From positions 6,331,342 through 6,349,533 of the forward strand of contig JANKJI020000001.1 of the NCBI GenBank assembly GCA_024626585.2: 18,192 nucleotides of DNA, in the 5' to 3' direction. The position numbers were made by a program, and so were the translations under genes. The notes beneath the pieces were generated by a model. The model saw only the letters and a program-made list of their open reading frames with translations. It did not search any database and was not told the origin of the DNA. The DNA is from Ginkgo biloba. Taxonomy: Eukaryota; Plantae; Ginkgophyta. Each line of letters begins with the position of its first letter. The first letter of the stretch is position 1. Shown here piece by piece: positions 1-10,119 of the stretch.

Positions 1-43
1 CGTCTCTTTCACTCTAAAAAAATAATATAAATAAATAATAAAT

Positions 44-440
44 TGGAGATGGGAGCAAGAGGAAAGGTGACATAAGAATGAGACAAGAGGTGGGAGGTAG
101 GAACATGATGAACGAGATGGTGATAGGAATAAAGATGAAAAACAAGAACGAGACAAGAAATGGGACATAAACAGAGAACGCAGATGTAAATAGAGAATAG
201 AGGTTAGACATGAAGAAGGAATATAAGAGAGTTATGAACAAAGACTGAAGATGGGAATAAAATGACGCAGTAGACATGAAACAAGACAACATAAGAATCA
301 AAATTATAGACGCGAATAAGACGAAAGACAAGGTCGTGAGGAATGACACAAGAGGTGGGGGATGAAACATAAGGAACGAGACAACAGACGAGATGGAAAC
401 AAAGAAACACACAAGAGATGGGATGGGAATACGGAGCCAT
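44..440. repeat. Purine-rich degenerate minisatellite-like region
   Basis: Recurring gaacgagacaa / acaagag / gatggga / acat motifs; 76-117 resembles 341-381; strong A/G strand bias. Confidence 0.55.
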
Positions 441-1222
441 GAGAGTTGTGGCAATTACTAATATACCTCTTGAGATTTGGTGAAATCATTTACCTATGTT
501 CTTGCTTTCACCATAGTTGTGAATGTTGAAATCTCATAGAAGATAATTATGTTCATGAACAATGCACTCTAAAGAAACATTTTNNNNNNNNNNCAATACA
601 TTATACAAGTGCATAAAATTTTGAAAAAAATATAGGATGCTAGTAACCTACACTAGAATGAGTTTGGAATCGAGATACTTTTATGAGCTATTAATATGGG
701 GGATGGGTAACCACTAGCTTTTTCACAATTTTGAAGGTGGCACACCCAAACAATTTTCTTGGACATTTTTATTTTTAATAATATTACAAACGCGTTGAAT
801 TACAATTCCAAGTCTAAGCTTGGACCAAAGCTCTCTCTTATACTGGTCCAACAACTTACCAATACACCCGCACGAAGAACCGTTAAAAAACACAATTCCA
901 CATCTTTTTGTTGATAAATGTTGAAACGACATTATGTAGTAGGTTAATGATGCAACAACAATTGGTATCATTTCAATAGAGGGAGCATTCTATCCAAGTG
1001 ATAGATGGCCACTCATTGAAGGGTCATAGATGCCTATAGATGACTCCAACCTTCTTGGATTCATCTATAGACGTAGATGCCTCACTGTTTGTCACCTAGA
1101 TAGATTACGACTCGAATATAATGTACCCCTACCGTATAATATATCTTTAGTAGTACCACCACTTTTTATTGACTAAAAATATCTCTTCACATTTTCTACC
1201 ACCACCTCTTTTGCTCTCCTCT

Positions 1223-2084
1223 NNNNNNNNNNNNNNNNNNNNNNNNNNNNNNNNNNNNNNNNNNNNNNNNNNNNNNNNNNNNNNNNNNNNNNNNNNNNNN
1301 NNNNNNNNNNNNNNNNNNNNNNNNNNNNNNNNNNNNNNNNNNNNNNNNNNNNNNNNNNNNNNNNNNNNNNNNNNNNNNNNNNNNNNNNNNNNNNNNNNNN
1401 NNNNNNNNNNNNNNNNNNNNNNNNNNNNNNNNNNNNNNNNNNNNNNNNNNNNNNNNNNNNNNNNNNNNNNNNNNNNNNNNNNNNNNNNNNNNNNNNNNNN
1501 NNNNNNNNNNNNNNNNNNNNNNNNNNNNNNNNNNNNNNNNNNNNNNNNNNNNNNNNNNNNNNNNNNNNNNNNNNNNNNNNNNNNNNNNNNNNNNNNNNNN
1601 NNNNNNNNNNNNNNNNNNNNNNNNNNNNNNNNNNNNNNNNNNNNNNNNNNNNNNNNNNNNNNNNNNNNNNNNNNNNNNNNNNNNNNNNNNNNNNNNNNNN
1701 NNNNNNNNNNNNNNNNNNNNNNNNNNNNNNNNNNNNNNNNNNNNNNNNNNNNNNNNNNNNNNNNNNNNNNNNNNNNNNNNNNNNNNNNNNNNNNNNNNNN
1801 NNNNNNNNNNNNNNNNNNNNNNNNNNNNNNNNNNNNNNNNNNNNNNNNNNNNNNNNNNNNNNNNNNNNNNNNNNNNNNNNNNNNNNNNNNNNNNNNNNNN
1901 NNNNNNNNNNNNNNNNNNNNNNNNNNNNNNNNNNNNNNNNNNNNNNNNNNNNNNNNNNNNNNNNNNNNNNNNNNNNNNNNNNNNNNNNNNNNNNNNNNNN
2001 NNNNNNNNNNNNNNNNNNNNNNNNNNNNNNNNNNNNNNNNNNNNNNNNNNNNNNNNNNNNNNNNNNNNNNNNNNNNNNNNNNNN
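1223..2084. other. Assembly gap (largest of 10 N-runs; others near 584, 4147, 5559, 6760, 11590, 12900, 13967, 14409, 16304)
   Basis: N-runs; seven are 100-101 N, typical of unknown-size scaffold joins. Confidence 0.99.
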
Positions 2085-3910
2085 ATTATTATTATTTTTA
2101 AGTGATACTATTATATTACGGAAAATTATTGAAAAGATTTATATTAATACCCGAGAGTCTTAAAGAAACACAATTGAGTGTCGTAAGACAATTGTTAATC
2201 ATACCATATAGGATTCCACTATAAACATAGGTTGATTTTGTTACCCACATGTGAACTATATAGATATAATCTAAGTCTATAAAGCATACCTTGTACTAGA
2301 TGTTGCAGGGGCTAACCCTTGCTTAAGCTTCGTCAATAGTGGATTAGTTGGCATCTCTATGGAGGATGTGTTTCTTTTTGTTGTTAGGTGGATGACTTGT
2401 CATGCGTTTTTTTTGTTGTAGGGAAGGGAGGCCTCTTTTAACCTCTCCTTGTATTATTATGATATAAACTTGTGTGGGCTCACATGTGTGAGCATGGAGA
2501 GGGAGTTGTGCCATTTTTCAATTGCATCCACTTCCACATGTGAATAACATGAGAAAAAGTGTGAGAGTGACCGATTTTGGGGGGAAGGAAATCCATGCAT
2601 GGAGATATTTTTTTTTTGGAAAGAAAAAGGGAGAGAGTGAGGGAGAGAGAGTTCTTGTCATTTTATGAAGAGAGTATGGAAAGTCTTTTGGATTGTGAAA
2701 AAGTTTGGCATTGTAGAAAGGCTTGCATGAGAGCAAGAGATATATAAGAATTTTTCTATGAATGTGTGAGCACTTGTCCACGAGGTGTGAGCATTTTTCC
2801 ATATTATGAGTTTGTTTTGGGTGTTATGTTTATGTGTTGTGAGGATTTTGATCTTGAATTCATATTTTCTATGGTATATTATGGAGATTCACTCCTTGTG
2901 GAGAGAGAGCTTGAAGATATGGGATGCACTTGGAGGATTAAAGAAAATAGAATTCTGTTGAAGAACGTTTTGGGAAGATGTGTCATCCAAAAGGGCATGT
3001 TATGCCTTTTCTTATTGTTGTAAATTATAAGATGATCCTTTATCTTATAGAGTTTTTGTATTCTCCCACTCAAGGAAAATGTCTTTTTTTTTTTGAAAAC
3101 TTCATACTCAATTATCATTACTTATGATTCCCTTAATTAGCTATGTCTTAGAGTGGAGAAATAATCCTTGTCTACTTGTTATTTTATTTTTCACCTTATG
3201 TGCATACAATAAAATGCCTATCATCTTATTCAAGTTTGATTTGCATTTAGCAATTTATTTCTTTTACAATTTTATATAATGTATGGGTGGAGAATGGGTA
3301 AAAATATTTATTTTTAACTTGTCTCATTGACCCCCAAAGAATTTTCCCACTCATGAATCTTGCATGTTCATTATAACTATTGAGCCATGATGTAAGGCTT
3401 TGTAATTTTATAAATAGATTCATTCACACAATTTAAAAAATAAAAAAATAAAAAAAATGGTTCCTCTCTATCTCAGTCATTGGTTCATAAATTATCTATC
3501 CTTGTGCATCTTTATTAATAGAAATTAGGTTAGCCTTATGGTATGTCTCTTCTCTAAGAACTCTCAATCTCATACCATAGAGCTCTTCACACCACTCCCT
3601 TGAGCCTAGCTCGACTTCTACTCCATTGTCTTCCCTAGAAACCCTTATAATTTTGTGTCTCATCTATACACTCCCCTTTTTTACCTCTTTCCCTCGTCTC
3701 TTCCATACAATAATTATAATATCCTTTGTTATCAACCCATATTCCTCTATAAATGGCATCAACCACCATGAAAGTTTCTTTTGAATATTTCTTTCATTGC
3801 CTCTACCCTATGTATCTCAATGTCACTCCATGTCTCATATGTGCTACCTATCTATGAGTATCATCACCTGACCCTTTTATTCCATTCGATCTCATCTTGG
3901 CAATAGCGAA

Positions 3911-4760
3911 TGTGGGGCCCTTTGTTCAACCTCTATGGGTGTGGTATCAATTACATAGGGATGCAAGGGGTAGAGTGAATAGCAAGCGAGAAGCGACGGG
4001 CATAATCTTTCTAAAAGAAATAAAATTTTATTATTTTAACTAAGGTCCAATTTGATATTTTTAGGGGTGTGAAGGTTGGCCTTTGGCTTGAGCACCAAGC
4101 CTTATGGAATCCGCATGGTTATGGTTAAGTGTGAGACATTAGGCATNNNNNNNNNNNNNNNNNNNNNNNNNNNNNNNNNNNNNNNNNNNNNNNNNNNNNN
4201 NNNNNNNNNNNNNNNNNNNNNNNNNNNNNNNNNNNNNNNNNNNNNNAGGAGATGTTTGGAAGCAGGGGTGCATATCCATTGCATCGACAGTTATAAATAG
4301 ACCTCACTCCAAGTCTTGGAGGGGAGAGAGTGGGATGGAGAGCACCAAAATGCTACCAAAATTCAGAGTGATCGAAAGGTAAGAAGAGTAGAGTGGAGCT
4401 ACCAGCCAACAGATTTAGTGGATGTCGAGGAGTCGATCGACCGTGAGCCATTGAGAGAGTTGAAATCCATGAGGCATATTATAACGCCACAGTGCAATTA
4501 TTTGTAGGTCGTGGGCCATTTTCTGTAAGAGTTAGTTGGCCATGGTTGTAAGGGCATCATCCCATGTTATTTTGGAATAATAAACCCTGGAGTTTTCTTC
4601 CCCTAGAGGGTTTCTCTAGTTGTAAGACTTGTGCCAAGCTTTCTGTGATTTGTCTTGTGTTTTTTTGCGGCTTGTGCCTTCTTAACGTGTATAATTTAGG
4701 ATCCTGTGGCCATAATGCCCCACTGTGCCTAGCACTCGAATACGTAAAGATCTTGTCACA
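3911..4760 (+). mobile_element. Possible LTR-like segment
   Basis: TATAAATAG at 4292-4300, then a GA-rich tract, AATAAA, a ttttcttccc..gggttt motif and a GT-rich tail, the usual layout of plant LTR U3/R/U5. No target-site duplication, PBS or partner LTR found; spans a gap. Confidence 0.3.
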
Positions 4761-5659
4761 GGCAGGGGTGTAATTGGACATCAATCCTTCCCAGCGTTCA
4801 GTTAGCCCTGTGTCCCTTCGTCAAAGGATATTAGTGTAAAAATGCAAGGACTTTGATTAAAGGGTTCAATGGTGGATGGTGAACCAATATATGAATTATG
4901 CGTACTCTCTTAAAGAAGCTTTCATATTGGGAGGTGAAATCTTTATCGACTTGAAGGGTTTAAATTATTATGAAAAGGTGCCATAGAAGAGGAAACATTT
5001 AGAAGGGTAAACCATGTATGCTTAGAACCAAATCTTGACATATATCCTCATTCCACCTAATTTTGTCATACTTTTTGACCTTGCATTCATACCAACACTA
5101 CAATGACACTTTGATTTCAAAGGGGCTCGAGGTTAATTTATTTTTATTTTAACTCAAGAGTCAAATAATTAAAAATTAAAGTTGTTATTATGCATATATT
5201 CTACCACGTATTGATGACCACGTGATGAGAATTTTGTGTGCCAACATCTTTTGGCGTCATTGCAAGGGAGTCACTCGTTGGGTTTCACTCATGATATTAT
5301 AACAAGCATGTTTACAATAGAAAATACAATTATAATTTGCCATACATAAGTACATGACATTAGTGGGTTTTCAACCTTACATACAATTAAATGCAACATA
5401 CTTGTTAGATGTAATGAAAGAAATTTAAATGTATAGTTGTAAACTAGCACACAGATACCTAAAAATGTCACCTAGGAAGAAACCAATTATAAAATTATGA
5501 CCACACTAGGATTAACACATTGATTATTATACAATTCATTGAGCATTCTATGCACATGNNNNNNNNNNNNNNNNNNNNNNNNNNNNNNNNNNNNNNNNNN
5601 NNNNNNNNNNNNNNNNNNNNNNNNNNNNNNNNNNNNNNNNNNNNNNNNNNNNNNNNNNT

Positions 5660-6759
5660 ACTAACCACACAAATATTAGAAAATGGAAATAATAATCATG
5701 ACTAGGAATAGTAATTTTCCCTAGCACCTATATTATCTACATTTTAGCCCATAGCTAAAGAAAGAGAGTAAGTGAGAGAAAAACCAATATAGTAAAAATT
5801 CTCTAATAGATTCCTTATGGTCATAACCTCCTTAATAAGATTATACCCCATAGAACCATATGCTAGTGCCCTCTTAGTTGAGATGGAACATTTATGAAGG
5901 AGACTAAAACTTTGTGCTTATTTAAAGACCCTAACTAAGATCAATCCACAACAAGGTTGGGAGTAGTGGTTAAAGAGCATATTCTTGTATGTTAATGTTG
6001 AAATCATATGGAAGAGAAATTATGAGAAGGTGTTGCCAAATTACTAAAATAAGGTGAATGATAGTTTGAATCTCCCTAGAGGTCATGATAGTGAAGGAGA
6101 AATTATATGGTTTGGTGGTTATTGAAGCAATCAATTAAAGAGACCATCAAATTCAATGATAAAGAGTGACCACACAATAGAAACACAAGATTATTTAAAA
6201 ATCAATAAAATGGGATTATATAGTATTCCATATGATATATTTAATAATAATGGTACAAAAATATTAGTGCATAAAATTCATCCTAAGGGATGAGGCCAAT
6301 TGAAATTAAATTTATGTAGGCTAGGGTGAGTGAAGTAGTAGTTAAGAATATTCCCTCGTATAGAGAAGTCCATTTGGATTTGTTATAAGAAGAAGGAGCT
6401 AAAAAATAATTAAACTTAATTTAATAAATTTGATGTTCCATGGAGAGATATATATTAGTTCTATGGGGTAAATATGATTAAGGGGATATTACCATAGGGA
6501 ACTTACTAGAGAGTTATTAGCATTATAGGGTTTTCAGATCATTAGATTATCTTTCTTTTATTAGCTTATGGATAATTATAGACAATAGATGTGCAAGAGT
6601 ATGCTACTAATTAATTCATGATTATTATTGTAAAAATAAATTATTTTTAAGGTTAGAATATATTGGTATAATTTTTTATGGCATATTATTAATTAGAATA
6701 TAACTATAATTGGATGAGGCTTCTTATATAAAATAAAATTTAGGATAATGTTCTAACAC
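5660..6759 (+). mobile_element. Possible very decayed gypsy gag/protease relic
   Basis: A/G-rich strand bias and faint resemblance to gag-end/protease peptides; no clean motif is readable. Confidence 0.25.
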
Positions 6760-7763
6760 NNNNNNNNNNNNNNNNNNNNNNNNNNNNNNNNNNNNNNNNN
6801 NNNNNNNNNNNNNNNNNNNNNNNNNNNNNNNNNNNNNNNNNNNNNNNNNNNNNNNNNNNTCTTGTTTAAGATTTAAATATGGATAATTTATATCATTTAA
6901 AGTTGAATTATATTGTAAGAATCTAAGAGCAATTGCTTAGCGATTTTCTATTGACAAAATGGGTGAGTCAATCCAAGATTAGAATTGATGTGGAGTCATG
7001 GACTAGCTACAATAAGAACTATTAAATAAGGCAATTTTGATTCACAAAGATGGATAAAGAGTTCAAACAATAATATTATTAAGAAGAATAAGTGGATTGA
7101 TAATGCCAACTCACATGAATAACTTAATGTATGTGATATTTGTATTAGTATATTCACTTCAATCCCATTGGATTCGTTAGGGATGGATGGGATCCCCAAG
7201 TAATTGTTAAAAAACATTGGTTCAAAGTACAAGGAAGTTGGATTATTTGTTTGTGTTCCACATCTCTATGTAGTGCCTTTGACTAAAGAACTTTCTTTCT
7301 AAATTAATCTAGGTTATAATCAAGTTTAGGAAAAATTGTGTGTTTTCAAGAATTACTACTAGTGATAGTGTCAAAACTTGTCTTTAATACTATAAAGTTT
7401 GTTCACCAATTTAATAAGAAAGCAAGAAGATTTGAGACTTTGTTGTTTGCTTTTTAAGGTTATTTTGGAGCCACGGTTATTCTTGTCAATTATCTCCGAG
7501 TGTTGGGAGAAACCCAAATGCACTAAGTGCTAAGAAATAATTTTAATTAGATAGAAGAATTTAAATGAGAAATATTTCGACTAATTATTCATAATAATAA
7601 AAAGTGGCATGAAGAACTTTGCTACAATATGCTATAATTCAAATAAACAAACCGAAGGAAATTCTTCGTCCAAAGAGCCATTCAAACTGCCCAGGGAGAA
7701 AATTCTTGTAACAACTGAGTCAAAACAACGAAATGGGAAAAAAGGTTTGGTGAATGCTGTCGA

Positions 7764-9389
7764 TCAGTAGAGGTGAAGTGGAAGGCGAGGATTGATAAGG
7801 GCTTCCAAGGGAATAGCCTTGGGCATCGTCAATCCCAAACCCTCACTCATGTCAACGGTACTTCCAAATGGGACAAACCACTCGAAGCTGTGAAGCAGAC
7901 GTGCCAGAGTATGCTGCACCACGCGCAACGCCAGGGAAATAGCCGGGCAGGCTCGTCTGCCTGATCCAAACGGAATCAGCTCAAAGTCCTGCCCATTCAC
8001 ATTTATCTCTCTCTGCCCCTTCAAAAAACGTTCTGGATCGAATTCCGTCGGCCTTTCCCACACAGCCGGATCCCTGTGGATTGCCCAAGCATTCACTAGA
8101 AGACGCGTTCCTGCAGGCACATTATACCCTCCAACTGTGCACGGCTCTGTGGATTCATGAGGCACCAGAAGAGGTGCCACCGGATATAGACGAAGGGTCT
8201 CTTTTACGATTGCCTCTAAATACTTCAATTCCGGCAGATCTGATTCCTCCACCACCCGATCGCGCCCAATTCGAGTATCGAGCTCTTGTTGTGCTTTCTT
8301 CAACATGTGTGGGTGCTGCAACAGTGCTGCCAGTGCCCACTCGGTAGTGAGTGCGGATGTGTCCGTCCCTGCCGTTATCATATTCTGCAATTCAGCAAAT
8401 AAATTTTATGAGACGGACTTACCATCTGAATGAATTATTTTTCCGAAGGGGAGAAGAAAGAGGCATACCAGGGCCGTGGCCTTCACCATTATGTCGTTGT
8501 TGTTAATGGAATTAAATGTTTGGTCGTTCTCGGTCACAGAAAGCAGAACGTCAATGAGGTCTGCATCTTCAACATCCCCACGTCCTTGTACTCTCCGCCT
8601 CTGACGGTGCTCATCCACTAAAACCTGCATAAATGCATCTCTTCTCTTCTGCAGTTTTTTCATAGCCCTTTGGTAGCCTTGCAGATCAAACCATTTCAGA
8701 AATGGCAGGTAATCTCCCACGTTGAAGGAGCCGTGGAGTAAGAAGGACTCCTTGATCAATTTTCGAAACTCCTCCGACTGATGGGAACCCGAGTACTTTC
8801 TCTTGGTCACCATGCGGACAATTATATTGAATGTCAACTCTGAGAGCCGGGATTTCATGTTGACAGTCTCTGCGTTTGCTTGTCCGTGGCAGCTGTGGAA
8901 GAGAGAGCGAACGAGAGAGGATATCTCCTCCGTTCGAATATGGTGGAAGAGTTGGATTCTTCGGGCGGATAAGAGTTCGAGGGTGCAGATTTTGCGAAGG
9001 ATTCGCCAGATGGGGCCATAAGGGGCTGATCCGATCATGGCGTTGTCGAAGCCAAGATGCTCGCCTGCGACAAGGCGTGGGCGGGAAGCAAATAGTCTGT
9101 CATTTGTTGTAAAACATTCCTTTGCGAGAACAGGAGATGTGATTAACAGAACGGGACGGCTGCCGAGGCGGAGATGGATGATGGGGCCGTAGCTCTGCGA
9201 GAGCAACCCCAGAGTTCTGTGGCGCGGTTGACTCTTGATGAGCAGATGGAGATGCCCGATTATCGGCCATGAAGGGGGCTGTGGAGGCTTCTCCTTATGC
9301 CCTCTGCTATTCCATGATGTTGTAATTAGTTTGAGTACAATTCCCAACAACACAAGGAGAAGAAGAATAACGCCAGCTGCAACCGCCAT
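7764..9389 (-). CDS. Cytochrome P450, A-type/CYP71 clan, CYP82/CYP81-like (possibly gymnosperm CYP867); 2 exons: 9389..8469 (307 codons) + 8384..7764 (206 codons + TGA) = 513 aa
   Basis: N-terminal membrane anchor (VILLLLVLLGIVL), proline hinge PPQPPSWPIIGHLHLL, KECFTTND..FASRP, C-helix WRILR, I-helix AGTDTS, K-helix ETLR, PERF, heme motif FGSGRRACPA, CYP82/81-like tail DMSEGLGLTMPK..PRL. The two ORFs join in frame across a canonical phase-0 intron (KATAL|NMITAGTDT). There is an in-frame stop upstream of ATG 9389 and no internal stop after splicing. Confidence 0.95.
8385..8468 (-). other. 84-nt spliceosomal intron of the P450 (phase 0)
   Basis: Minus-strand donor CTG|GTATGC at 8468 and acceptor TTGCAG|AAT at 8385, T/A-rich interior. 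Position just before the I-helix AGxDT motif matches the conserved intron of A-type plant P450s. It contains an in-frame TAA (8406-8408). Confidence 0.93.
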
Positions 9390-9492
9390 ATCAGTCTGCC
9401 TGCTCTACCTCACCACATGATCCTGTGAGCGACTGTGTTAAGATAGAAATGCCGAGCATTGCAAGAATCCGATCCGATTATTTTAGTCGATC

Positions 9493-9502
9493 TCCACGTG
9501 GA
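9493..9502. promoter_or_regulatory. G-box in a 10-bp palindrome TCCACGTGGA, about 105 bp upstream of the P450 ATG
   Basis: CACGTG at 9495-9500 with palindromic flanks; bZIP/bHLH site consensus. Confidence 0.5.
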
Positions 9503-9553
9503 CTCTGTCAGGATGTATTTTGGATGCAATTGTAAAATTATCGTCAGTGTCGT

Positions 9554-9560
9554 CTTTATA
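9554..9560 (-). promoter_or_regulatory. Candidate TATA box (TATAAAG) for the P450
   Basis: Plus-strand ctttata reads TATAAAG on the gene strand, about 165 bp upstream of the ATG and about 25 bp downstream of the ABRE/G-box. TSS unknown. Confidence 0.35.
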
Positions 9561-9585
9561 TTACCCATCTTTTATGGACTTTTAT

Positions 9586-9596
9586 GCCACGTGTCC
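9586..9596 (-). promoter_or_regulatory. ABRE/G-box GGACACGTGGC (Em1a-type)
   Basis: Plus-strand gccacgtgtcc reads GGACACGTGGC on the gene strand and contains the ACGTGGC ABRE core; about 200 bp upstream of the ATG. Confidence 0.55.
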
Positions 9597-9792
9597 AAAT
9601 AAGTATCCATTTGCCCGGAAGAGAGTTCACTTCGTCTTCTTTTACGGTAGCACATAATGCTTGCAACAACACATTCCATAGGGCATTACGGCTATTTTGG
9701 TTTACAATGGGTTTCTAATTAGCCATGGCAAGTATGTCCTATAACAACATAAGAATTTAATATAAATGTTCTATCTAATATCATTCAATCTA

Positions 9793-9923
9793 ATATTTTA
9801 ATGATAACCTTTTTTTTTGGTTTTTTTTTGGGGGTTTTCAAAATGATATTATTTATATTTTAATGACACCCTTTTCTTTTGGTTTTTGTTTGGGGGGGTT
9901 TTGAAAATGAGATTATTTATATT
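9793..9923. repeat. Tandem duplication, ~62-64 bp unit x2, poly-T/poly-G rich
   Basis: atattttaatgataacctttt..ggtttt..ggggttttcaaaatgatattattt (9793-9854) recurs as atattttaatgacaccctttt..ggtttt..gggggggttttgaaaatgagattattt (9855-9918). Confidence 0.85.
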
Positions 9924-10119
9924 GCAACAAAATATAGTAAGTGCATACAAAGCTTTCAAGGTGGGTCTTCAAAAAATGAAATTGATTTGAGAGAGAATAA
10001 AATGGTGCAACTAAAATAGGGGTCTTCAAGAGCCAAAATAGACTTTAAATTACAAAATCTGCCACTTGGCCAATTAATTAACCTTTCTTGCCACGATTAA
10101 CGAGTGAGGGAGTTCCAAG

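Noticed and set aside
14-454. 146-aa hydrophobic ORF as a membrane protein
   Set aside because: By-product of a purine-rich low-complexity repeat on the opposite strand; no domain motif.
723-971. 82-aa minus-strand ORF
   Set aside because: No recognisable domain in the frames I read; length compatible with chance.
1169-2101. 310-aa ORF and other X-containing ORFs
   Set aside because: Open only because they run through N-gaps.
2478-2493. Short inverted repeat gctcaca-tg-tgtgagc
   Set aside because: A 7-bp stem is expected by chance in 18 kb; no supporting context.
7764-9389. P450 as a split pseudogene or two separate genes
   Set aside because: A canonical GT-AG intron at the conserved position joins the two ORFs in frame; the stop at 8406 is intronic.
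7773-9420. Short plus-strand ORFs antisense to the P450
   Set aside because: Shadow ORFs expected opposite GC-rich coding DNA; no motifs.
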